Positions 30,201 to 42,200 of a DNA stretch of 64,000 bases are shown here, piece after piece. The translations under genes were made by a program, and so were the position numbers. Under the pieces are notes generated by a model that was given only the letters and a program-made list of their open reading frames with translations, did no database searches and was not told the origin of the DNA. The DNA lies in the NCBI GenBank assembly GCA_030638735.1, contig DAOWEB010000162.1:1416-65415 (forward strand), in the 5' to 3' direction. Origin of the DNA: Spirochaetaceae bacterium (GTDB lineage Bacteria > Spirochaetota > Spirochaetia > B11-G9). Within the stretch, counting starts at the first letter, position 1, and each line of letters starts with the position of its first letter.

Positions 30201-33200
30201 GAGGAGATACGCCCAAAGGTTGAAGAAAATTTTGAAAACAGAAAGACTATTGATCGCCGTAGTATGGTGAATTATTCCCGGGCTTTATTCTCAGCACTTG
30301 GTATTAAGATTGAAGAAGGGATATTTAAGATAATAGATAGTGATATTTATAAGTTAATCTCTGATATTATCGGTGAAGATATATTAACATCTATATTAAA
30401 TGATGCTGCAACTATTAAAAGTGAGGAATATAATTTTACTGGTGATTCAATTTTTGCAGAAAAGATTATAGACCTGGTTAAAAAGAGTGGTAAAAAGAAT
30501 AAGCTCATTGAAAATATAGATGAAAAGCTTAAAATTTTACACGAACAGTTTAATAAGGCTTTTGAGAAATTACCTTCTAATGATCCAAGTGGCGTAAATA
30601 CACAGCTTTCCCTTGCTGGTTATGAACACAATCCATTTAAAGCCATAGATCATATAATTGGTATCTTATTTGATCGTTATAGCACTGAACTGGACGAGGC
30701 GAGTATATTAGATCTCTTTATGCGTAATAAGGATCCTTTGGCTTTATATGAAGCTATTATTAATGGCTCAGATCTTGGTTATAAAAATATAACACCTGAA
30801 GAATTACTGACTATTTTAGAACCACATATTAAAATAACCGGGCTTACCAGAATAAAAGACAGGCTTAAGAGTAAAAAGAATATTGCAGATGTAATTGCTG
30901 TTGAGGCTAGTGTAGCAAAAAGCAAAAAACATGCTCCGAGTAATCAGCAATTGATTGCCCTTCGTGAGGCTGTTTTTCAATTGGAAGAAAGTTTATCTAA
31001 GCGTCATATCAAATATCATGGATGGTATTATATAAAAGGATTGGCCGGTACAGGGAAAACTCAATTAATGGCCCTTTATTTTCCCGAGTTAATAGGTCTG
31101 ACTTATGATAATATAATTGCATTAAGTACACATGAGAATGCATTAAAAGTTTTACAAAGTACTCTTGATGGTGTTAAAAATACAGGACTTGCACAGGATA
31201 TTACTCAAGAGCAATTACAAAATGAAAAAATAGAACTTGTTATAGTTGATGAAGTCTCTAAATTATCTTCTGAAGAACTTGGTCAGTTGGCAGATAAGAT
31301 TACAGAAGCAAATGTCAAAAGACATGAGAATGAATTCAAAGATCTGAAGGTTGTTGTCCTTGGGGATCCGGCACAAGTATTAAATAAAGAATCGGAGAGT
31401 GCTCCTATAAATCGTATAGTTGGTGCTATCCTTAATATCAAAGAACTTTCTCCATTAACAACAGTATTTCGTTCAGGAAACACTGCGATTATCAGGGCTC
31501 AGAATATGTTCATAGACTTCCCTGGTAAGGTTAAGAACTTTATTGGTATGGCTTCTGAGAATATTGGATTACCAGCTATAGGTGTACATGTGTCTAATAG
31601 CGTGGTTGATCTTACAACACAACTAGCTATTCATAAAAAAGTAAATAAAAGATCTCGGGCAGTTGTTGTTGGAAATGAAGAACAGAAGAAACAGTATAAA
31701 CAAAAAGGTGTTGATGTGTTCTTACCACATGAGATTTCAAGTCTTGAGTATGATGAAGTTTATATTGATATTAATCCAAAAGAATATGATAAAGTCAGGA
31801 AATATAACGATGCAATGTATACTTCCATTTCACGGGCTATGGCATATACTTTTATTGTATCATACGAACAAGGGGATAGTTGGGGATATGAGACAGGAAA
31901 GATAGAGCAGGAAGATGTTGATCAAAGAGCAGCTGAGGTTCGTGCTGATTATACTGCCAGGTTAGAATTAGAAGTTAGTGTATTAGGAGATGAACTGAAA
32001 GCTGCAGGGATTAAACAGTCTCAGATATTTAATAATACTCCTGAAGAAGAAGAACAAGTCACTGAGAAACAAACAGATCAGTCAGATAATGATGGTGATC
32101 CGGTAAGTTCAAAGAATGTTGATGATATAGGTGGTAAGTTTGCAGATTCAGAACAGGTTAAAAGTGGACAGGTTCATGAATTGGAGTTTCCTTCATATGA
32201 TCCTATTAAAAATCAGGGTAAATTTGAGGATACAAAACCATTTGTACGTGAAGGATCCAGGGTTAAATACATTCATGTTTTAAATCCGAAGACTAAATTA
32301 CATGAAATACATATTGTAGCACAACATATTAATATTGATGGTACCCCACTTATTGGAGATGTATGGAGCTTGATAGGTGTAATGTCTCAAAATGAATTTG
32401 ATAATACCAAGATTGGAAAGAAGCTACTTCTTAAATCAGCAGAGAAGAAAACTACAGATGGTTATTTATCCAAAGGAAAGTATGGTACCATTAAACCTGC
32501 ATCTACAGGTAATCATGTCTTAGCTGAAGGAGTAATTAAAAAAGCCTCTTCATTATCATACATCTATGGTGATGATATATCTCGTAGTGGAATAGGTTTT
32601 ATAGCCGGGTTAAAGAAAAAAGTCCAAGAGGTTTTTAAGGGAGAGAAATTAACATTTAAAGTTAAAATATATACAACCAGTGATAATCGGCTTACTGCAG
32701 GTATTCCATATCTGGAGATCATACGTGAGCATACCAATCAATTTATACGCTTAACGGGACGCAGAATGCGCCGTGATGATCAGCACATGGTAGCAATTGA
32801 TAAGTTCCGGTCAGTAATGAAGCAGGTTGAAGATGCTGGTATTGGTAAATTAGGAGATCCATATGTTAATGAATTGTTAAAGCGATTCAGAAAAAACTTT
32901 GAGGTACAAAATGAAGAGATTGTAAGAAAAGAAAAAGATGGTTATACCTATGAGGTATATACCAAAGAAGCAAAAGAGAGACAGTTTCCAAAGATAACAG
33001 AAGAACAATTTAATTTACTTAATGAGTTATCAAAGGATTATATTCCTTCATTCTATAAATCAGGAGAGGTTAATAAGAAATTTGATACAGAACAAGAATA
33101 TAAAACGTGGTTAAAATCAGGACCGGAACTAGACAAAGATAATTCTTATGAGTGGGAAGAGAAGACGGGATATATAAAGGGAACCAGTACCCGTAATCCG

Positions 33201-36200
33201 GATCAGACAAAGTATTTGCGTGAGATGGGTCTTAAAGCAGAAGATGGGCCATTACAGATCAGGCTTAATGTAATTGCTAAAACGAATCCTAAATCATCTT
33301 TTGCTATTACCAAACGAATAAGTATCGAGAGAAACGGGAAAATTACAGTTAAGTATATCACTAAAGCTAAGTCTATTTTTAGTGAGAAATCTACCAGTGG
33401 TGTTTATTATCAGCACTTACTCGCTATTTATAAATCCATTAAGGAAGAGGCAACAAAGGAAGGGCTTGAAGATCTTATGCCTGTTAAATTGAGTGATTTT
33501 TTAAAGGACTCAAAGAAATATACCGAAGAAGATAATTTAACATTTCTGGAAGATATCTTATTGCAGTATAAAAATAAAGCAGGTACAACTGTCAAGGGAA
33601 TAAGTGCAACTGAGTTCAGGGAAGAGAGAGAGAAGCATCAGTCGGATCCTATTACCATGGAAACATTGGATGAGATATTATCTTTTGATGAGAATGGTAT
33701 TAACAATAATTTATATTACCCTTTACTATTACCATGGGTTAATAAGTTAGGTGAAGATCTTGGAACAAATGAGGGAGAATTAGAACAGGTATTGGGTTCC
33801 AGGCTCAAGGATATTAACAGGACCAGAATACAGGTAGAACTGGATCCCGGGACTATAGATATTTCTGAAGAGGGTGTACCGGAAAAAGCCCCAGGCAAAA
33901 AAGTAAAAGATAAGGTTGGTGAGGGAGTAAAGAAAATTCGTAGGCGTTGGGATAAACCCGATAAGAAAAGGCTTACACCAAAACGTGCCGGTAATGATCC
34001 CGGGGAAGTAGTTACAATTGAACAGGCTTTAGAGATGGCTCATAGATGGTTGCCTTCATTGAAAGATGATAAAGATTCATTACAGTTTGTAGAAAAAATG
34101 ATTATCGATGCTCTATCTGGAGAAAGTTCATATGGCCTTTATCAAGATCAGGTTGCTTATGTCATGAGTAAGGATGGTAAAACATTTGTTAAGCCTTTAC
34201 GTCATGAGATATTCCATAAGATATTTAATGAATTTCTTACTGGAAAAGAACAGCTAGCATTTGAGAAAGCATTTAAAGAGCAGTTTCCACAGTATAAGAA
34301 CAAGTCTTTGGAAGAGATAGAAGAACTGGCAAATGAGAAATGGCATGATCATACCAGAAAACCAATCAAAGGATTGAATAAAGTCATAATGGATTTCTTT
34401 AACATGCTATCAAAGGTATTTGGTTTTATGAATATGAATGTAAAAAATCTTGATCGCTTGTTCGAAACAATTGAGTCGGGACATTTTGTAAAGTCTAAGA
34501 ATGATGCTACAGGTATTAAAAGAAAAATGCGTGACCTGGTAAAGGATTTTGGAAATGGTACTGATACATTTAAGGGAGCCCTTGAGAACTATAAAAAGTC
34601 TAAGAATATAATCCTTACCGCTGTAAATGAAATACAGAGAGATGGATACCAGTATGAAGAGGATGGAAAATTATATCCTGTATCTATTTCAGAATTAGAT
34701 TTTATTGTAAGACAGGAGCTGGAGAATTTATATAAAGGATTGTTAAGTGATTTAAAAGAATATGATGTCGGTGTTGATATACTAACAAAGGCTGAGTATT
34801 TACGTGGTAATGAAAAGAAAGTTACCTACTCCTTGGCGTTGAAGAACTTTGATTCTCTTTGGAAATCTTTATTTCAGAATTATAAGATTACCACTCCTGT
34901 AGAACTTCGAATTGATGAGTCAATGACTGAAGAGGAGATTATTCAAGAATATAAAGAAGGAGATAATAAAACCAATCTTATTGATCATATAAGAAATTCA
35001 GATGAAGTTAATCAGGAAGATAAAATTAGTTTATTGGTAAAGGATTTCCTTAGTAATATATCTTTGAATGATGAAGCGTACATGAAATGGCGTGAAGCAT
35101 ATATCAGAACCTTACAAGTTTTAGAAGGTGTTCAGTTGAATGAAGATTTTATTATACAGATAGATCAGATGGTTAAAAAGCTTGGTAATAATCCAAGGGT
35201 TAAGATTGTAGCTGATAATCTAAAGGAGATGTATCAGGAGATAGTTCGGCCACCAAAGAATAGTAAAAATGAATCTCTGAGTAACACGGCTAAGTTTGTT
35301 ACTGAAGATATATTTGTTAAAGATGAAGAGTCTGTAAAGGATATTCATGGTAAACATTCTGCTGAGGTTTTAAATATCATACCCATTAACAGGAAGAATA
35401 AGGAAACTACTATAGCGTTTATAGATCGTATCTCTGAGGAAACAGAAATTCCTGTTGATGATGTTATCTCTTATTTTAATCATAATCAGAAACTTCGTAA
35501 GTTCAAGGCAATAAATAATCTTCTTAATAACCAGAATCAAAAAGACTTTTTTGTTGTCGAGAGAAAGAATGAAAGTGGGGGATTGTTTTCTATCAGCTAC
35601 ATACCTGCATCTACATACGGTGTACGTACTACCATTAAATCACAGATAGAAGAAGCTTTAAGAAATAAGATTTCAAATCGTGATGAGCTTGATGAATTTC
35701 TAAATAAATGGCTGGACCGTAATCGTAAGCAGCTGGCCGGGAACAGGTATACATTTGTAAAGAGTTTCCTTAAGCATATTGGCCTTGGCCACCTGGCCCC
35801 TACCTTACCAGATGTTGCATCAGATGAATTATATAATTCTATTATAGGATTCTTTGACCGTGCTAATAAAGAGATGGGTACTATTAAAAAAACTGAAGAA
35901 CATTTATTTGGTGTAGTAATTAAAGAAGAATTTGAGATAGGACTTGATTATCTTATTTCCAAGGATCCTAAGTTTATTAATCTCTTATCTACGATAATTG
36001 GTAGTAGTAGTTCATATATGAGAGCTACAAATATTAAGACTGGTGACGGGAAGAAAAGATACTTATGGTCCACATCATCATTTATGAATACTGTATTCAC
36101 TCACTTAATGAATAACAGTTCTAAGATCTATTCAAAGGTTAAATCTGTATTGCCAAAATATTTGGAAGCTGATTACTTTAAAAAGAATCCTTTTATATCT

Positions 36201-39200
36201 GGACAGTCAAGGATAAGTGCTATTATAAATAATGATGGTATTAAGAAAATATCGGACAGATCTTTTAGTGAATCATTTACTTCTTATAAAAATGAGAATC
36301 GTAAAGATTATATCACCCGTACTTTCATTGCCGGTTTTATGGATAGGATCAGAAGGTCAAAAGATGTTGATGTACGTTATTTCCAATGGTTATATCCCAA
36401 TGAACGTACCCAGGCAGTAGCAGCTGAGGTTGGGGTTAAAACCAAAGATCAAGTTCGTGATTATATAAAAATAGCTATCGAACAAATTAATGAATCTGAA
36501 AAATTTGATTCTATTAAACAAACAGAAAGTAAGAGATTCATAAATATGAGACTTCTTGAAGAGGCTCTTGGTAAGAGAAATATAACAACGAAAAAGCTTT
36601 CTCCAAAAGAGATAGATAAATATACTGATAAAGTAATTGAGTTATTAGCCCGTGAAGCAGATGAATTTGCTCAGTCAGTTATAGATAATAAGGTTCCATT
36701 TGATTCATTAGCTGGTCATATAGGTAATCTGCGTAAATTCCTTAGTAAAGAGGAAGTAAATATGCTTAAGGGTGAAGATGATCTTGTTATTACTACAGCA
36801 AATAAGGAATATAATATTCTAAAAGAGAATATCCTTCCACTAGTTGAGCTTTATGTGATGAATGATTATGTGAATTCATATTTCCTTAATCAACTTATCC
36901 TTGGAGATAACAATCAATTTGAAAATGAAGAGGATGTTATGAGAAGACATTCCCTTGCCACGGCACCGGGATCTATTCCTATTGTAAATGAAACATTTGG
37001 AATAAAGGAAAAAGTAAAGTTTGTTGTATTAGGAAATTCCATTAAGAGTATTGATGATATTAAAAATAGATTACTTCCATTGCTTACCGATGCTGAGAAA
37101 GAAAAACTTCCTGCATTACTTGATAAGTTTACAGATAATTTTGATTCTACAGATGGGCAAGGATTTATGACACCAGAGAGATTTGAAGAATTAGAGAACG
37201 CTGGATTTACAGAAGACTTTGGTATTAATGAGGTTTTAAAACCTGTTGTATATTCAATAAATGACAATGGAGTTGTTACCGGATTGAAATTCTCCTCTAT
37301 TGTACTCACAGACGAGCTTGTTGAGGAGTTCCCATCTCTAGGGGTACTTAGGTATAACTTAAGGAAAAAAAAAGGCGTAGATGAGGCTATATTCGCCTCA
37401 GGAGTGAAATTAGGAATGCCACAGGCTACAGCATCCTATCCTGAAATACTTACCGGTGAATATGAGATAATGGACACTATGACTATTGATGTGTTTAATC
37501 GTGATTACAGATTACAGCTTGATCCTAAATCAAAAATTAAAAGTAGAACAACACAACCCTCACAGCTTATCTATTTAATGAGTGTTCTGGATCAGAATAT
37601 TGATAGAGCAAAGAGAGCATATAATGCATTGGCTAAAATATCAAATCTTGAAGGAGAGACATTTTTGAGTAGATTTAAGAATAAGAAAACATTTAGAGAT
37701 GCCCTTTCAAATTTACTTGAAGGTCGTGGTAATGAGAGAATGTCAGATTTATTTAAGAGTGGTATATCTCATAATTTTCCTAATATCACAGATAAGCTTG
37801 TCATTCAAATGGCTAATCGTTTAAGTGATTCAATTGTTCATATTAAGTTCCCGGGTAATAAACTTGTATTACAATCAGAAACCGGTGTTCGTAAATATGG
37901 TAAATCAATTATTGATGAAGGAGCTCAGAAATTAGCATATAAACTAGATGATCAGGGTAATCTTGTTGCTGAGGTTATACTTCCATCGGGGATATTACCA
38001 AGAGAATATGAAGATAGAATCAAGGCTGCAATAGCACAAGGAAAAGACGCTCATGATTTTTATGATCTTCCTGATTTATTAGGATTCAGGATTCCTTCTT
38101 CAGATATTCATAGTGGAGTGGCCATGAAAGTTGTAGGATTTTATTCTACTCCTGATATTAATGTTGTTATAGCTCCGGATTTACTTGTTGCTTTACATGG
38201 TTCAGACTTTGATGTAGACTCATTATTTTTGATAAACAGATATCATTATCCAAAAGGACATGAAAATCAATATGAACCAATAGGATATTACAAAGGAAAA
38301 AATGGTAGATGGGAATTTAATGAAAAGAAAGAAGAGTTTGATACCAGGGAAGAGGAAATCAAGTATTATAAAAATACTGTTGTTCATGAATTACTTGATC
38401 TTATAAGCAATCCAAAGAATAAAATAGATATGTTATCTCCTATTCCTATGAATCCTATTTATAAGGAAAAAGATAGGGCTGAGGGATTAACTAAAGAACA
38501 AGTAACTTTTGATTTGAGTAATACTAATCATAAGCTTGAAGCTCATGATGTAATCTTTGGTGCTGCAACAGCAACCGGAGTATTTGGTAATGCTGCCAAA
38601 GCATTTGCATATTTACTTAGAACAAATAGCAAGGGTACAATGCCTGAATTAAAAGAAGATGTTTCCGGGATTGTTGTCAATGATCATGAGTTTCGTAAGA
38701 TCCAGTTATATGATGGCATTAAAGAAGATGGTGAAAATCTTTTTACATCAATCGATGGATTTATTAATGCTGCTATTGATAATATCAGGGTACTGGCCCT
38801 TCATTCATTGAATATTACAAGTGAAACTATAGATGCATTTATAACTATGCGTGGTCTTGGAGTACCCCTTGAGACAGTAGATAATATTTTACTTCAACCA
38901 TCTATCAGGGATTATTCTAAAATAGGTTCTTTGGAAAAGGTGCGTGAACATATTATGTATAAACTTGGTAAAACAGATGTAGATACAGATGAGATCGAGT
39001 TAAATGATGATAACCTATCAATTAAAATTAAAAAATATAATAGCATAAGTGATATCCCTGATGGTAATTTAAAAGAATTGACCTTTCAACTCAGAGTAAT
39101 AGAGGAATTTGCAAAAGCAAAAGCTATTGGTGATCAAATAAGCAATATGTCAAAATGGCTTAAGATTGCCAGAACATTACCGGTTACTAAAGTTGAGATC

Positions 39201-42200
39201 GATGATAGTATTGAGTCTGCAATAAAACTCTTTGGTGAAGTAAGTGTTGATGGTAAGATACCTGATCAGATATCATCAGAATTTCCATTTCTAATCCCGG
39301 AATTCTTCGAAAAAAATATGCATATCTTATCATTCTTTAATAAACTCAGAGAGGTTAATGGTTTAATCGAACAAAAATTTCTTAAATATAGTCCAGAATT
39401 TAATAGTCATGTTGAAAAAGCATTGGCATTATTTTCTAAGATTTCTACTATCAGGGAAGACAAAGGGGAGTTTATGAGAAATGAATTGCTGACCTATCTT
39501 ATTGCAAATGAAATTTATTCTGGTGAGTATTCACTCGAGAGAGATGTTGAGTATCAATATAAAATAGGGAATGATATAATTACTATTACCGGTCCAAAGG
39601 CAATAAACCAGATCTTTATTAAGAAAATCTTTGCATTGACGGATTACATGGGTAAGCAAACAGCTAAAACAGGTAAAGAAATAAATAATCAATTCCTGGA
39701 TCATATCAGTCCTGTTTATAATATCATTACAAAAACATATGAGTTGAGATTTGATGGTGGTTCTCACTTAGATACTGATGATCAACTTGATTTTCAATCA
39801 GCATTTTTGGAACTTAATAAATATGAGGTTAATTATAACAAGAAAACTGGAGCATATACTGTGGTTGAAAGAAAAGGAGAGATTGCAGATAATAATTATA
39901 GTAATTTCCAGAAAGAATTTGTCAGTTATGGAGTAATGAATTGGGGATTACAATTCGGATCTTCTAATTACAGTTCTATATTACCAGGGGAGATGTATGC
40001 TGAAGTAGATGGACTATTTAATGAGATACTTGAAAATGCCACAAGTGCTGCATCAGATATATTTTGGGATAATATACAGGATGATTTTGCTATCCAGTTT
40101 GTGATTAATCATGGTAGGAGATTACAGGATCATTTCTTTTTTACCGGTAAGCCAGTTAAACAAGGTGATATGTATATTGGAAATGACAGGATAGATTTTT
40201 ATGGTGGACGTACAGATTCTTTCTTTTATGATAGATCTTATAGCAATCCTGATGGTAAAGTACATGATAAATATATAGTTACCAGATCTTTTAAAGGTGG
40301 ATATCAAGCATTTATAAGAATGAATGGTGAAACAGCCGATACAGTATACTATCAAAGGATAGGAAGAGTTAATCCATTTAAATTCTATAATACTTCAGAT
40401 GAAGTTCTTACCAAGGGATATATAGTGGAAGATCATTTTGGTGGACTTACCTATAATCATACTGTAAACGATCTTAATAGTAAAATGTTTGAGTATCATG
40501 GTTCAGATCTTAAGGTTGGTGATGATATAACATTTACACAACATCATGACGTTACCAGAGTGGATAAAGCTTATAAAAAAATCACAAAAATTGAAGGTAC
40601 GAATGTAACAGTGAAAGACTCTAAAATAACGGAAGTAAAAAAAGCAGATCTTAAGCCTAAGTCCAGTATTATTAATGAGAAACAATCTGTAAATAAAGCA
40701 AGTGCGGAGCTTATTACTGGTGAGAACGGAAAAGTATATCAAATTTTAGATCGTATTATTAATAGTATCCCTTCCGGAATAAGAAAAAAAGCCCTTGAAA
40801 CATTACGTGATGAGATACTTAAAAGAGATATTAAGATAATCAGACAAGATTTAGACGGATCATGGGCCAGGTTCTATCCTGATGGAACTGTGGCTATTGA
40901 TATAAATAAGATAGTTGAAGAAATTAAAGATGATGTTGTCCAGCATACAGATACTGCTTTTACTCATGAACTGTTTCATTCTGTAACTCTTATTAATTAT
41001 TTGACTGATAAAGATTTTAAAGGAAAAATTGATTCTATTATTAAACAACATTTTACAGTAGATAAAAAAGGGGTTCTTCGTTTTAAAAATGAATCTGATT
41101 TTAATGCTGTCAAGGAAGTATATAAAAGACATGGTTTCATTGTTAAAAAGGAAGATGATATTTATGGACTTACTGATATTATTGAATTTATGTCAGAGAT
41201 ATTTAATGATGGTAAGTTCTCGGAAGCCATGGATGCTATTTATGAATCATCGGAGCAGAAAAGTGCCCTAAGAAGAATTATAGATGCTATTTTAGAATTC
41301 TTTGGATGGAAAAATTCAGAAGAATTTAAGATTTCGGATCATCTCCTTGGTCTTGTAAAGGAACAGGTCCAAAGACCTGATCTTATTAGAGTATCTAAGG
41401 ACCTTTATAAAGATGCAGCTGGTAATTATTACAATTTAAAATCTATAAATTATGTAGATATTGAGGTAGAGACTGAACCGGAAGCCAAGGAAGAGGTTAA
41501 GGATAAAACCCGGGAAAAGATTATGAATACCGCTAATAATATCAAGGAACATTCAGAGAAGGTACATGTAGAAAAGCTTGAAAACGGGTTAGAGGGTAAT
41601 AGTTATATAATTAAAGCTACTGCAGATCGTATTCGTAGAATTACTGATCGAAAAGGTGGGATGATATCTTTTTTCTCAAATAAAGTAATAGATCCTCTAG
41701 TATCCTGGGCACAGAATCTTGCGGATATGAAATGGCAAGACACAGAAAAGGAACATAAGTTTCGAACTGATGAAGGTAAGATGGAGGATTATAATGAATT
41801 CAAAACCCGTAAAGAAAGTGAGCTTAAGTTTGGTGAGATAAAAGGTAAGATCGTACACTTGAATTTTGTGAAGGTGGCTAATAAACTATTCAATCTAAGA
41901 TTAAATAATGATGATATCACCAAAGAGATAAATGACCTGGCATCATTATCTGAAAATCAAATATCCCCATCCAATTATGATTGGGTGTTTGATCCTGCTA
42001 CATTACAGAAGATATTTAAAAATGCTGGTATTAATGTATTAATGGAAGATATCCCGGAAACATTAAAAGATATGGCATACCTTCCAGAACAGATAGTATG
42101 GAATGAGAAACTTGGTTTTGGAGGATCAGTTGATGCATTAATTGGACATGCTGATAATACATGGAGTATTATTGATTGGAAAACAGGTAGGAATTTTGGT

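Noticed and set aside
36914-37309. 131-aa antisense ORF, and about 20 other 60-93-aa antisense or off-frame ORFs, inside the giant gene
   Set aside because: All are embedded in a 17.9-kb ORF with strong domain content. They are hydrophobic or low-complexity in composition, have no coupling to neighbours, and have lengths expected by chance over 18 kb.
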